Shown: positions 12,416 through 25,959, numbered from the whole stretch's first letter. The stretch is DNA of 63,450 nt, filler included, from Octopus bimaculoides (GCF_001194135.2; 8 parts of 7 records of this genome joined end to end with filler, not necessarily neighbours in it); one strand, 5' to 3'. Numbers and translations are program-made. The notes: generated from the letters alone by a model not told the origin.

Positions 12416-13090
12416 GTTGGCAGTTATAGGTTTATAAGCTGTTTCTTTCCAGTGGGGAACGACCCTATGCCCCGGCCAGCCAGTGTGTAGGTTTGTGACT
12501 AGCTTTCAGTGCATCCATACCTGCTACTTTGTTTGTCATTCGTCCATTGCCACAGGACTTGAAGGTGGGTTAGGGATGGTGCCATGCATTGACCTGCGCA
12601 AGACAGGGATTAAATTTAGAGGAGGTTTCGCAACATCATGTACCTGACTCTCTTATCCCTTCCTATCTAATGCCAGTGGCAGGACGAAGTCAAGACGACT
12701 AGAGATAGGTCGAGATGCAGTGGATGACCACACTGTCCTTCGTGTCTCACTGTGCTCTGTTCGCGCTTTACAGCGATTGCTGCTCCTCCATCCTGCCCAT
12801 TGAACCAATCTGGTGATTTTCTCCGCACAGTTGTCTGGGTCCACTCTTCACATACATATGTAGACATGCACTTGCTTGAAGGTTTGAGAGCCGACGGCTA
12901 ATCTCACCATGGTTTAGCTCGCGTGTGGAAGTCGTTGCTCAGTGTCTAGCCGCTGTTGCATGCAGACGACTTCGATGAACCATAGATGAGAACTGAGTGT
13001 CAGATGAGGACAAAAGCAAACGAACTACTCCGAAGAGCACTACTCGTTCCCTCATCAGAGCTACTACTTCACACAGGCGCCTCGTGCGCC
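12416..13090 (-). mobile_element. GC-rich repeat fragment, possibly a LINE 5' UTR
   Basis: GC-rich relative to its flanks and without a credible ORF. The segment ttcgtcctgccactggc resembles RTE 5' UTRs from memory only. Confidence 0.3.
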
Positions 13091-14107
13091 CTAATTCATT
13101 TTTAATAAATTCTTATATACATACATGACACAGCCACACAGGCACACACATACATACACAAATAACCTATGCCTTAAAGGCATTTTTTTGTTTTTGTCAA
13201 AGTATCCTATCTACTCCAAGCAATGTAGAACAACTGGTGTCCTGATGGCACATCTTAGGGCAGAAACACGTGCCCACGGCTGTTTTCAGGCCTCCAAGCA
13301 ATCAGATTTTCTTTTCTCCTTTTCCGCAATGGCCTGTCCATTTTAGGGAACTCTCTCCTTTACGGTTGGAGTTGCTCCCATATACCAAAAGATGTTCTTT
13401 AGAAACGGATATAATGTCAATAAATCAAATATATTTCTATAAATACCGACGTAAGTATAAATGTATATGTGTATGTGTGAGTGGTGTGTATATGCACGTG
13501 TGTCTGTGTGTTTGTGTGTGCGCGTGTGTATCTATTTATCTCGCTCTCTCTCCTCCCGCTCTTTTAGAAAATTGCTGGAAAGTCGTCTGTGATTCGTTAG
13601 AATTGGGGTTATTCTGATTATATATGTCTGTGGGTGTGCACTTGTGTGTGCGTGTATATGTATATATATATATTTGTATGTATATATATAGATATGTGTG
13701 TGTGTATACATGCATATACACATACATACATACATACATACATACATCAGTGGGCAGAGTCAAGTTGACTTCCATTTCTATCAACTTACTGTAAAGTAAG
13801 CCGGGTAGTTGAAACACCTTCAAGATATTACCATCTTCTCAACCCATTCAAATCTATTTTACTTCTCTGATTCTCTTTCTGTATTTAACACCCACCCACC
13901 CACCACTTTATTTTATTTTATTTTTTTATCTTCCCCACTCCACACGCATCACATACATATACAGATAGAAACTTACGCACACACTATACAAACCAGCACG
14001 CACACATATACACACACACTCATACGTACAAGAAATATTCCGTGCTGAAATCTATGGAGGCGTATGTATTTTTACTTTTTTTTTTAAACTGGCGCCAACG
14101 TGTGTGA

Positions 14108-14160
<53 letters not shown>

Positions 14161-14767
14161 TGTGTGTTTACGTGTATGTGCGTATGTGGATTTGTGTGTG
14201 CTTATATGCGTTTNNNNNNNNNNNNNNNNNNNNNNNNNNNNNNNNNNNNNNNNNNNNNNNNNNNNNNNNNNNNNNNNNNNNNNNNNNNNNNNNNNNNNNN
14301 NNNNNNNNNNNNNNNNNNNNNNNNNNNNNNNNNNNNNNNNNNNNNNNNNNNNNNNNNNNNNNNNNNNNNNNNNNNNNNNNNNNNNNNNNNNNNNNNNNNN
14401 NNNNNNNNNNNNNNNNNNNNNNNNNNNNNNNNNNNNNNNNNNNNNTGTGTGTGTGTGTGTGTGTGTCTAATGATTGCTTCTGCATGCGAATATGGTGGAA
14501 TATTCGCAGTCACGGCGTTCCAAGTCCGATACCACTGCTCGGCATCTTTTAAACGTGTCATTTATTATAGCCGTGGCTGAAAACTGAAAAAAACCCCGGA
14601 TATTTGGCTGAAGCTCGTGGGATAGATTGAATTTGTAACTCAAAGGCCCAGCTTCGTTACACTTATTCTGGTTGCGGATGATGATAAGGGTACCCATATC
14701 TGTGGAATACTCATACTCCCATTCTCGTTTTGTGAAATCCAGCGCCTATAGATTGCTCTACTGCCAC

Positions 14768-15035
14768 TCCGTTGGTTTCAGTCTGCTCTTGAAATTAAGA
14801 TGTAAATGACTGAGTACTCCATAGAATCGCGTAACCTTAACGTAGTTTTCAGGGAGATTTCAGTGTGAAGCAGAATGTGACAAAGCTGGCCCTTTGAAAT
14901 ACAATTTTTGCCAGCTGAGTAGACGGGAGCAAAGCAAAATAACGTGTCTTGCTAAAGGTCACAACATGATGGTGTATATCGAACTTATGACCTTACTGTC
15001 GTGAGCTGAAAACCGTAACCACTAATCCACGCAGT
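14768..15035 (-). mobile_element. Degenerate SINE related to 7436-7728
   Basis: ccagctgagt...gtcttgct body and cttaacgtagtt tail. Confidence 0.7.
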
Positions 15036-15129
15036 TCCAGTTGATCCGTCGGTTACCAGAAATTGCTATTGAGTTAGTAGCATAATACATAATTACTATT
15101 TCACACATACACGGCAAATCTTCACACTG

Positions 15130-16440
15130 CCCTTTTCATTCCACCAGGTTCCCCATCACACACACACCAAGTGCGAAACAACATCCGGGTATTTCAAACT
15201 AATAAGTTCAATGGGACTTTCAGTATTGTTTACTATACCCTCAGTGGATCCTAGAGCTAACCCTATCCTCAGTAAACTCTTCAAACGATCTTTACCCTTA
15301 TGTCTGGGAACAAGTTTCAGCGTGTCTCATTCCCACGAAGGGCAACTGTTCTGACCCTGTCAATTATCAATTTATCAGGCTCATTTCTAATATCTCAAAA
15401 TCGCTGGAGACAGCTGTTATCACTAACCTTTTTCAAACCCTTAAATTACTCCTCCTTTAATGACCATCTGTACGATTTCGTAAAGCAAGATATATTGGAG
15501 TTCTTTGTCACTCATCAAAGAGCTATAGTCACCAATAGATTTGCTTTCTTCGATATCAAGAAAGGTTTCAATTCTGTCTATAATGCGCATCTCTAGTCAA
15601 AACAACCTATCAGTTGATCTCTTCCGTTTCTTATCCTCTGGACTAGTGGCCTCTTGTTGGACGTATGCTGATGGAACACTCTCTGATCCATACTGTCAAC
15701 CATGGGGCTTTACCAACTGCTTATCTCCTGTTACACCAGGAATCTACTTACCCTAAAATTCAACACCACCCACTCATACGTTGACGATACAACTCTTTAC
15801 CCCTCCTCAACCTTTTGCATCCAAACATCATCCCTCTGTAACCTTTGTATCTCACAACCAATCTGTATTAGCTCCATGAGCAGCGAGCTCGGAAATATCA
15901 TTTGCTGTCCTTCCAGTTTTATTTCCTTCAATAGCAAAAAAGAAAAAGAAAAATCACTGCTCGTATTATTATTGCATTTCACGCCCCCTGAACTTGAACA
16001 GCACACAACTAAAACCCTCATATTCTAGGCTGCACTGTTACTAAGGACTTCTGGGAAACGCACGTTATTATTTTTCGAAAAATTGAATCCCAAAGATAGG
16101 CCTCGGAGTTAGAAAATGCTTCACCGCTCAGCAATTAGCGACCCTCAACGAAATACAGTCTCAGTCCACATAAGAATACTGCTGCCAGATTTAGGACGGC
16201 GCTGTTGCTGCACACACGGACATTCATCCTCCACTGCATCCAGTACTCGTCTGATTAGCATAAATTCGTTAATACGTATTTCTCTCCCCTGTCTCATGAA
16301 TATGCTGTCTTCTCCTCTAGCTTTTCTGCCACAACGACACTGGTCACTGCCCTTGAGCGATAGCTTGTCTCCTACCACCCCAACACAAGCACTTCTAAGT
16401 TGCTCATCTCTTCTTCTCTTCCTTCCTCGCATATTACTCT
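15130..16440 (+). mobile_element. Highly degenerate Jockey/CR1-group LINE RT relic
   Basis: Across shifting frames: LIPTKGNCSDPVNYQFIRLISNISKSLE, FFDIKKGFNSV, SYVDDTTL, EYCCQI*DGA. These correspond to RT domains PIPK.G..NYRPI, D..KAFD.V, YADD and EYC..IW.GA. Confidence 0.75.
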
Positions 16441-16845
16441 TTACTCTTTCTCTTGTTTCAGTCATTTGACTGTGGCCATGCTGGAGCACTGCCTTTAGTA
16501 GAGCAAATTGATCCCAGAACTTATTCTTTGGATGCCTAGTACTTATTCTATCGGTCTCTTTTGCCGAACCGCTACGTTATGGGGACGTAAACACACCAGC
16601 ATCGATTGTCAAGCGATGGTGTGGGGGACAAACACAGACACACAAACATATATACACACATACATATATATACATATATACGACGGGCTTCTTTCAGTTT
16701 CCGTCTACCAAATCCACTCACAAGGCTTTGGTCGGCCCGAGGCTATAGTAGAAGATACTTGCCCAAGGTGCCACGCAGTGGGACTGAACCCGGAACCATG
16801 TGGTTGGTAAGCAAGCTACTTACCACACAGTCAGTCCTGCGCCTA
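16440..16845 (-). mobile_element. SINE family A, full-length copy
   Basis: tRNA-like head (gtgtggtaagtagcttgcttaccaaccacatggttccgggttcagtcccactgcgtggc), internal TA/TG microsatellite, tail ccagcatggccacagtcaaatgactgaaac. Many copies in the window. Confidence 0.9.
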
Positions 16846-17155
16846 TTATACACTTTCCTGGAGTCCTACACTATCTACTATAACGAATCTTTTCTTCCCT
16901 TGCATGTGTATTTTCCGTCATTGTCGATAAGCAACATTTTAAACAGGAATGTTAACGACATCAGTCCCAACGGTCTTGAAGGGTCTCAATAAACTACAAG
17001 CCCTTAACTTCAAACCAAAGAAAAGGGAAAAGTAATCTAGAGTCCCATTAATGACACGTATAAATATAAAGTTATAGTGTTATTAAGGGAATGTAAACAA
17101 ACTAACACTGGTTGTCAAGAGATGGTGAGGGACAAGCACAGTACTAAACGCAAAG

Positions 17156-17251
<96 letters not shown>

Positions 17252-17577
17252 TTCTAGCAAGTCAAGTGAACATATAAGATGCCCCTTTGTTCGCTTATCG
17301 TAAAAAGTTATGAAACCTGCCGCTCCCTTTTTCTAATCTCTCTCTCCCTCCCTCTTACTCTCGCTCTCTCTCACTTCATCTTGCCCCATCTCCCTCTTCC
17401 TTTCGCTCTTTCTACTACTTCCTCTCACTCTCTCTCCCTACTCTTTCTCACCCCCTTTTAACCCTGTCTCTCTCTCTCTATTTCTTGATCATTCGCTGCT
17501 GCCTACGATTCTTGTTTCTATGATAGAACTTGAGTTATTATCGTGCAGTTACGAATTAGTTTTTTAATTTTTACATA

Positions 17578-17790
17578 TAGACGCAGGAGTGGTTGCGTGG
17601 TAAGAAGCTTGCTTCACAATCACAAGGTTCCGGGTTCAGTCCCACTGTATTAGCTCCATGAGCAGCGAGCTCGGAAACATCGTTTGCTAGCTTTGGGCAA
17701 GTGTCTTCTACAATAGCCTTGAGCCGACCAAAGCCTTGCTTGTGGATTCGGTAGACGGAAACTGAAACAAGCCTGTCGTGTATGTATACA
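17578..17790 (+). mobile_element. SINE family A copy carrying a 41-nt foreign insert
   Basis: Family A head with the insert at 17648-17688 (see findings). Confidence 0.85.
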
Positions 17791-17907
17791 TATATATATG
17801 TATATATNNNNNNNNNNNNNNNNNNNNNNNNNNNNNNNNNNNNNNNNNNNNTTAATTAATTAANNNNNNNNNNNNNNNNNNNNNNNNNNNNNNNNNNNNN
17901 NNNNNNN

Positions 17908-18189
17908 GACTTAACCTGTTTAAATATAGGAGCTAATTTAAATTTTAGAATATTGGAAGGGATTATGTGGAAGATACCGTTGGGATGACTACAGAGAATG
18001 TAAATCTCAAGATGCGACGATCGAATGGTGCCAAAGCGGATGGAAAAAATTTTTTTTTTGGTAAAAAATTTTGATGAAAAATAATTTTATAAGAAATGTA
18101 AAGAATGATAGAGTAGTTTTTTTAAAAAAAATATTGGGTTTCTTTCGCCCCGTTTTTAAATTCGGTCCAGTATTTAAACTGCTTAAGTC
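17908..18189. mobile_element. MITE-like element, about 282 bp
   Basis: gacttaacctgtttaaata (17908-17926) versus tatttaaactgcttaagtc (18171-18189), a 17/19 inverted match. The left flank is a gap. Confidence 0.55.
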
Positions 18190-18762
18190 CGATGGTATGG
18201 CTGCCGCCCGTAGGACGTACATGGGTTCCATGTGCGTGAAACTTTTAGTAGCGTGGGCCATAAATGTGAGGTGGTCATAAAGAAACAATATTTACTCTCG
18301 TTAGACGGAAGACTCTTTTTGAATTTATTCAAAGGTGAATGGAAGTTGCGAAGATGGCAAGAGTGGATGGTACTACTCTCAGTGTAGACCTGTGAGTCGG
18401 ACAGAAGGAATTGAAGGGGGACACTTGTTCCTGGGGTTTCAAGGAAATCTCGTACAGTAGGGCTGCTCGATTATCCCTAGAGATCTTCCTGAGTCAGGAT
18501 GGCCACATCTCATCCTCTCCTCATTTTTTATTTCATTTTAAATATTATTTTTAAACCTCTGTATGCTATGCGTATGTCCCTTCTTTTCCAGTGTATACCG
18601 TCTATACTTACTTTTATTATATGTAAACCCCAACACTTTATTACTGTCTTTGTATTGTCCCCTCTCATCCTTCGCCCTTGTGGCAAATAAATGAAATCTT
18701 CATCATCATCATCATCGCCGCCGTCGTCGTCGGCGTTATAATAATAATAATGATAATAATTA

Positions 18763-18832
<70 letters not shown>

Positions 18833-20016
18833 GTATGAATGGTTCTCGTGGGGCGAGAACCATATACCTGGTCATTTCATACTCTTTTGTATCACTAGTC
18901 ATGCAGTTACAATTGATACATATATATATATACATATACACACATATATGTATGTATGTATGTATACGAGAGCGCCTGCATATATATATATATANNNNNN
19001 NNNNNNNNNNNNNNNNNNNNNNNNNNNNNNNNNNNNNNNNNNNNNNNNNNNNNNNNNNNNNNNNNNNNNNNNNNNNNNNNNNNNNNNNNNNNNNNNNNNN
19101 NNNNNNNNNNNNNNNNNNNNNNNNNNNNNNNNNNNNNNNNNNNNNNNNNNNNNNNNNNNNNNNNNNNNNNNNNNNNNNNNNNNNNNNNNNNNNNNNNNNN
19201 NNNNNNNNNNNNNNNNNNNNNNNNNNNNNNNNNNNNNNNNNNNNNNNNNNNNNNNNNNNNNNNNNNNNNNNNNNNNNNNNNNNNNNNNNNNNNNNNNNNN
19301 NNNNNNNNNNNNNNNNNNNNNNNNNNNNNNNNNNNNNNNNNNNNNNNNNNNNNNNNNNNNNNNNNNNNNNNNNNNNNNNNNNNNNNNNNNNNNNNNNNNN
19401 NNNNNNNNNNNNNNNNNNNNNNNNNNNNNNNNNNNNNNNNNNNNNNNNNNNNNNNNNNNNNNNNNNNNNNNNNNNNNNNNNNNNNNNNNNNNNNNNNNNN
19501 NNNNNNNNNNNNNNNNNNNNNNNATATATATATATATACACATACATAGACACATTCATATTTTATTCTTTCGATGCATCATTTTTGGCTAACGACGAAT
19601 TCCGTCAAGAATTCAGTGAGGAATAGAATTGGCAGATTATGCTTCCACCAGAATAATACCCTATTATACTCTACAATAGAATGGAACCGAACAGAATACA
19701 TACACAATATTAGCAGAAATCGGGGTATTGTCGTATGCAGCAGCCTGGTAAATACACTGATATTTGTCTTCTAAAACATGATATACAACCGTTAAATATA
19801 AAAACAGAAAATATATTAGAGATATAGCAGAGATGGGGAAGAGCAGGTAATTGAATCTGCAGTGTTATGTATACACAATTGATCTCTGTAGATTTCTGGT
19901 TCAGAGTTCTTTGAGGGTGTCTACAATTTGCGTATAATATATCATATCAAATTCTATATGTATACATATTTACACACTCTAGCATGTATATAAGTATATA
20001 AACATGCATATATACA

Positions 20017-20057
<41 letters not shown>

Positions 20058-20261
20058 GCATGCATACATTTGTTTATATGGTACATGTGTGTATATCCGG
20101 GGAAGACAGGGGTGCAGCCTGTACAAACAGGAATTCTACAGAGAAATTCATGAGTTTAGATAAGTTTATATGCAAAAGAGAGAAGAGTGCTTTGTGCTTT
20201 GGGTCTGACGAAAGGTCATTCTTAACAAGAGGTCAAATTCAGCTTATATATACATTTTTAC

Positions 20262-20628
20262 TCTTATTTGTTTCAGTCATTTGACTGCGACCGTGCTGGA
20301 GCACCGCCTTTAGTCGAAATCGACCCCAGGACTTATCCTTTATATGCCTAATACTTATTCTATCGGTCTCTTTTGCCGAACTGCTAAGTTACGGGGACGT
20401 AAACACACCAGCATCGATTGTCAAGCGATGTTGGGGGGGGGGGACAAACACAGACACACAAACACACGCATATATATACACATGCATATATACGACGAGC
20501 TTCTTTCAGTTTCCGTCTACCAAATCCACTCACAAGACACTTGCCCAAGGTGCCCCACGTAGTGGGACTGAACCCGGAACCATGTGATTGGTAAGCAAGC
20601 TACTTACCACACAGCCACTCCTGCGCGA
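20262..20628 (-). mobile_element. SINE family A
   Basis: Near full-length match to 16440-16845. Confidence 0.88.
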
Positions 20629-20976
20629 TATATANNNNNNNNNNNNNNNNNNNNNNNNNNNNNNNNNNNNNNNNNNNNNNNNNNNNNNNNNNNNNNNNNN
20701 NNNNNNNNNNNNNNNNNNNNNNNNNNNNNNNNNNNNNNNNNNNNNNNNNNNNNNNNNNNNNNNNNNNNNNNNNNNNNNNNNNNNNNNNNNNNNNNNNNNN
20801 NNNNNNNNNNNNNNNNNNNNNNNNNNNNNNNNNNNNNNNNNNNNNNNNNNNNNNNNNNNNNNNNNNNNNNNNNNNNNNNNNNNNNNNNNNNNNNNNNNNN
20901 NNNNNNNNNNNNNNNNNNNNNNNNNNNNNNNNNNNNNNNNNNNNNNNNNNNNNNNNNNNNNNNNNNNNNNNNNNNN

Positions 20977-21039
<63 letters not shown>

Positions 21040-21460
21040 CTTATATATGCTTTGTAATTTTGATTTTACTGTTTTCAACCAGAGGCTGAGGCCATGCTGG
21101 GGCTTCGCCTTTAGTATGACTAGTTTGACTAGTATGACTGAGTTTTTGTTTCCCGTTCACATCCGGGTTTCTCTTCGGAATTGTTTCTGGTGTGAAATGG
21201 CGAGTTGGACAGAGCTGCTCTTGTTTAAGTTTTCTGTTGCAAGGTGAATTCATCTGGTATCTCAATGATGGCTTAGCAGGCCGAAACTTCCAAATCACAT
21301 ATATGTATACGAGATGCGGCAGAGAGGTTGCTCCGATTCCGAAGGTTAATAAAAAGCAAACACATGAAGATACAAGAAAAAAAAAAAAACATACTCTCCA
21401 CTCCAGGTCATGGTGGGTACTACCCGAAACAGGAAAAAAAAAAAGGCATTTAATGAACTC

Positions 21461-21830
21461 CGCAGAAATACAAATTTTCTTCATTCGTTCAATCGTTCAT
21501 TCGTTCATTCGTAGAAATACAGATTTTCTTCATTTGTTCATACGTTCATTCGTCCATTCGTAGAAATACAAATTTTCTCCATTCGTTCATTCATTGAAAT
21601 ACAAATTTTCTTCATTCGTTCATTCGTCCATTCGTCCATTCGTAGAAATACAAATTTTCTTCATTCGTTCATTCGTTCATTCGTTCATTCGTCTATTCGT
21701 AGAAATACAAATTTTCTTCATTCGTTCATTCGTAGAAATACAAATTTTCTTCATTCATTCATTCGGAGAAATACAAATTTTCTTCATTCGTTCCTTCGTA
21801 GAAATACAAATTTTCTTCATTCGTTCATTG
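21461..21830. repeat. Compound minisatellite, 9 units
   Basis: Near-constant GAAATACAAATTTTC core separated by variable numbers of TTCATTCG octamers. Confidence 0.92.
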
Positions 21831-22221
21831 TTTTTTTTTTATATTAAGCTTTGAAATCGGGGCAACCTTTCTGCTGCACCTTAAATATAATCGTGTGTGT
21901 GTATGCACACACATGCATACACACGAATATACACATATAAGCGACAGAAGAGAATTATTCACACATCATATCTGTACTTCAAAAAAAAAAAAGTTTCAAC
22001 AAAAATTAAAAAAAACCCGAATGAATGAGTAATTCGACTGTAGAGTCGTTGATATAATATGCCCAACAGAAGCGGTTGTAAGTCTGGCTGCTGGGACATT
22101 TATGAATATCGTTCTATGCAATCAAGGCTATCCTGGAGTCAGCCAAACACAATCAAGCCCTCTGTCTTACTGCAACGTAATCACATGTAATGTCATCGTG
22201 ATAGAATCGTTTGCACGCCAG

Positions 22222-22430
22222 GAAAAATGGTCACGTGACAGAATCGTTAGCGCGCCGGGCAAAATGCTTAGCGGCATTTCGTCAGTCTTTACGTTCTGAG
22301 TTCAAATTCTGTCGAGATCCCCTTTGGGGATCGATAAATCAGTTACCAGTTGAGCACTGGGGCTGATGTAATCAACTTGCCCACTTCCCCGAAGTTGCTA
22401 GCCTTGTGCCAAAATTTAAAACCAATATCA
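22222..22430 (+). mobile_element. SINE family C
   Basis: gacagaatcgttagcgcgccgggcaaaatgcttagcggcatttcgtc...ctgagttcaaatt. Confidence 0.85.
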
Positions 22431-22434
22431 TCAA

Positions 22435-22438
22435 TACA

Positions 22439-22477
<39 letters not shown>

Positions 22478-22800
22478 GCTGCTGCTACTGCTGCTGCTGA
22501 TGCTGCTGCTGATGCTGCTGTGGCTGCTGCTGCTGCTGCTAAAATAATTACTGTCCAACCATCGCCATCTCCTCAAAACATTCAACACCACCAGCACCAG
22601 TACCAGCACCACCAGCAGCAGCAGCAGCAGCAGCAGCACCACCACCACCACCACNNNNNNNNNNNNNNNNNNNNNNNNNNNNNNNNNNNNNNNNNNNNNN
22701 NNNNNNNNNNNNNNNNNNACCACCACTGCCACCGCCGCCGCCGCCACGACGACGATGACGACGACGACGACAACCACCACCACCACCACCACCACCACCA
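22435..22800. repeat. Compound trinucleotide microsatellite (ACT, GCT, CAG, CAC, GAC)
   Basis: Directly visible, immediately 3' of a SINE C copy. Confidence 0.9.
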
Positions 22801-24120
22801 CGGGTAAACTATTAAACTGCCGGTTTCCGTGATGTGCAATGGCGGTGAGGCGATGCTGGAGTGTTTCCTATAGAAGTGCAGGCCTAGGCAGATATAAGGG
22901 AGGGTAGCAGTTTCCCATGCAACAAATCTTCCCATTCCACTTCCCTAACGTTGTTCAATTGCAAGTAAAGATTGGCCCCAGGGTTGTGACAGGAATTGCC
23001 AGAATATATATTGAAAGCAACGTTGGAATTTCTTAGGGACCTCAGGTCCATTTATTTTGTCAGAGTTTACTGCCGAAGCTTTTCAAATGGATAGATATTA
23101 CCCCAAGGTAGCAATGGTTTGAAGTCAGAGTTTGCCCTCCTTTTGATGAATCGCCTTCCTTGGTTGACGAGTTCTTTATACCTAAAACATTGCTTTTAAA
23201 ACGCAGACAAACGTCTTTGCGACTTGTAGTGGCCAATGCAACAAATCTCCCCTCCCTACGCCCCTGATGATGTCCAAGAGAAGGACAAGGACTAGTGCAG
23301 ATTGGCACCAACACTGCCACAGAATGTAGAGCAACGTTGAAGACAACGCTGAACTACCTTGGGGACTGCAACACCGGATAATTTCGCAGGGTTTATTTCG
23401 TAGCCTTTCTCATGGAAGACAGACTCTTTTTTAGATGAACTACCTTTCTTGCTTCAAAAGGAGTCAGTGTACTTAAAGCATTGGTTTTAAGGTGCTAAGC
23501 ACTCGCATTCACCTCTTAATCAGTACAAACAGATCGCCATCTTTGCAATAAGGTAAACGACATAATTTAATTTACAGTTGTTAGCATGTGCAAAGTTTAG
23601 GCAGTACTGTTTCTTTGTAGGTAAACACACGGCTTTAATGCTAACTCTGTAACACAACATATCGCTATTTAGTCATTATTATTTTTTTGCCACGATTCGT
23701 TTTCACACAAAGCGCGTCAAAATGGTGGATACATGTACAAGAGGAAGATAGGAGCCATTTTGTTACAACTGGGTTTTGTGTGCGATTTCATCTGTTGTTT
23801 AAGTTTATATTATCTAAGCATGTCTTTTTTATTATGTATCTGCGTATATTGGCGTGTACGTATATACGCATGTGTGCTTGCGTGTGAGTACACCTGTGCG
23901 TGTATATATGCGAATGTGTACATTTGTGTATGCGTATACTTGAGTATATTTATTTACGTATGTACCAATTTGTCGATGTATTTATGCGTGTATGTATGCG
24001 TATATATATATGTGTGTGTGTGTTTATACATATACAAATATAACATATATATGGTATATATATATCATTATCTTTCTCTATATATCTCTCTCTCTATAAT
24101 GCACATACATTTTATGTGTG

Positions 24121-24224
<104 letters not shown>

Positions 24225-24689
24225 AAAGATATATATTTGTGAGTATAGATGTATATTTATATATATTGTGCGTGTGAGTGAGTGCGTGAGTGTAGTTTTG
24301 TTTTAGAATATTCNNNNNNNNNNNNNNNNNNNNNNNNNNNNNNNNNNNNNNNNNNNNTTAATTAATTAANNNNNNNNNNNNNNNNNNNNNNNNNNNNNNN
24401 NNNNNNNNNNNNNTTAACAACAATGAAACAAAGAGGTATGTAACAATTTGTCAGTGAATTACATAATATAAATGGATAAAAGGCGATGTTACGATACCAG
24501 TGCCAAAGCTGTCACTTAACCCACGTGTGTTTATTTACATCACATCGGCCTTTTCCGTAAGAAGTGTTGGAGGGAAAGAGGGAAACGACGTCGTAAAAGC
24601 GAAAGAGATAGAGAGAGCGCGATTTCTTTTGAAGTTGGCATATGTGTGTGTGTGTGTAATGTTGCTGGTGTCGCACAACTCTACCGCAA

Positions 24690-25690
24690 CGTATCATCAA
24701 ATGAAAGGATTAGCCTATATGAGCAGAAGATTATGCATGGATATGTTAGGAGAAAGCTCCGATAAGATAGTAACATTGATCATCAAACCAATCTATCATA
24801 GACCAATAACCGGATTACTACCTCCCATTTTGAAGGGTGTGTGTTTGCAATATAGGAACAGGAAATATCAACCAAGTACCTGATACACAAAAGGGATACA
24901 GATACAGAAAAAGCAGTAAAATGTGACAACCGATGCAGACTTTGTGAAGTTCACACGGAAGATATCGCCCACATCATAAGCAGTTGTCCGAAATTCTCAT
25001 TATGATATTATCTACCGATGAGACATGATGTTGTATCTATGACACTATAATGAAATCCGTCAGAAGGATAATCCTGAAGACAAAGAACTAAGAACCCACA
25101 ATATGGTAGAAGCCATAACCACTCATAATAAAAAGGAATATTGGTGGAATGTACCAGTTAAGACCTCAATAAAATGTAAGCACAACAGACCTGATATAAT
25201 GATTTGGGATAGAGGAGAGAAACTGGAGATCAGTGAAAAGAAGAACACTTATGCTGAACTATGGAAAAATCTGCAGTTAGTCTATCCAGATTACAAGTTC
25301 ATGTTTACACCTGAGGTTATTGGGGTCCTATGATATGTAACCCACTGCCTAAATACCAATCTTGAGTAATTAGACTTCTCAAAACCAGAAAGGAGAAAAC
25401 TAATTCGAAGACTACAGATTCAATCCATCACTGGAACTGTAAAAGTCTCCAGAAGTTTATCATTTAGATATATATGAGCATGTCTAGATATGCAACTATA
25501 TGCATGAGGAATACATAAAACGTACAAATCGGCACATACATACATACATACATACATACATACATACATACATACATACATACATACAAAAATTCCAGTG
25601 TTGAAATTCCAATGGAGCCTTGGATCTAGTTAAGAAACCGGTTCTTTCTCTATTGGCAAGAAATCTTGAAATAAACTGAATAATGACATA
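24690..25690 (+). mobile_element. 3' part of an R4/Dong-like RLE non-LTR retrotransposon
   Basis: MHGY...SHFEG..FAI.EQEI, CCHC knuckle CRLC...TEDIAHIISSC, RLE motif NRPDIMIWD, K.TYAEL...V.GVL. The 3' UTR has an internal (CATA)n and ends aaataaactgaataatga-catacat. Confidence 0.85.
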
Positions 25691-25888
25691 CATTACCTAA
25701 GTAATTTATTCAGTAGTGGAGATTGGTATTATGCAAAGCTGCCGGTTGTAGTGATAGATATACGTAACACATTCCTTAATGTATTTCTGTAATGAAATGC
25801 CCATCTGCACAGCTGCTTACTTTATCTACATAAAGTAATCGGCAGCTCTACCAATTCCCACTACTGATTGAATTACTTAGGTAATGTA

Positions 25889-25919
<31 letters not shown>

Positions 25920-25959
25920 ATGTATGTCTGTATGTATTTATGTATGTATGTATGTATGT

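Noticed and set aside
13040-13065. CTGATGAG on the minus strand as a hammerhead core
   Set aside because: No GAAA box after a closable stem II and no NUH junction.
21461-21830. Repeat-spacer look resembling CRISPR
   Set aside because: The spacers are copies of one octamer, there are no cas genes, and the context is eukaryotic.
22406-22807. PolyT/A/Q/H/D ORF resembling a transcription-factor low-complexity region
   Set aside because: Starts inside a SINE tail and is pure trinucleotide drift, with no splice sites or folded domain.
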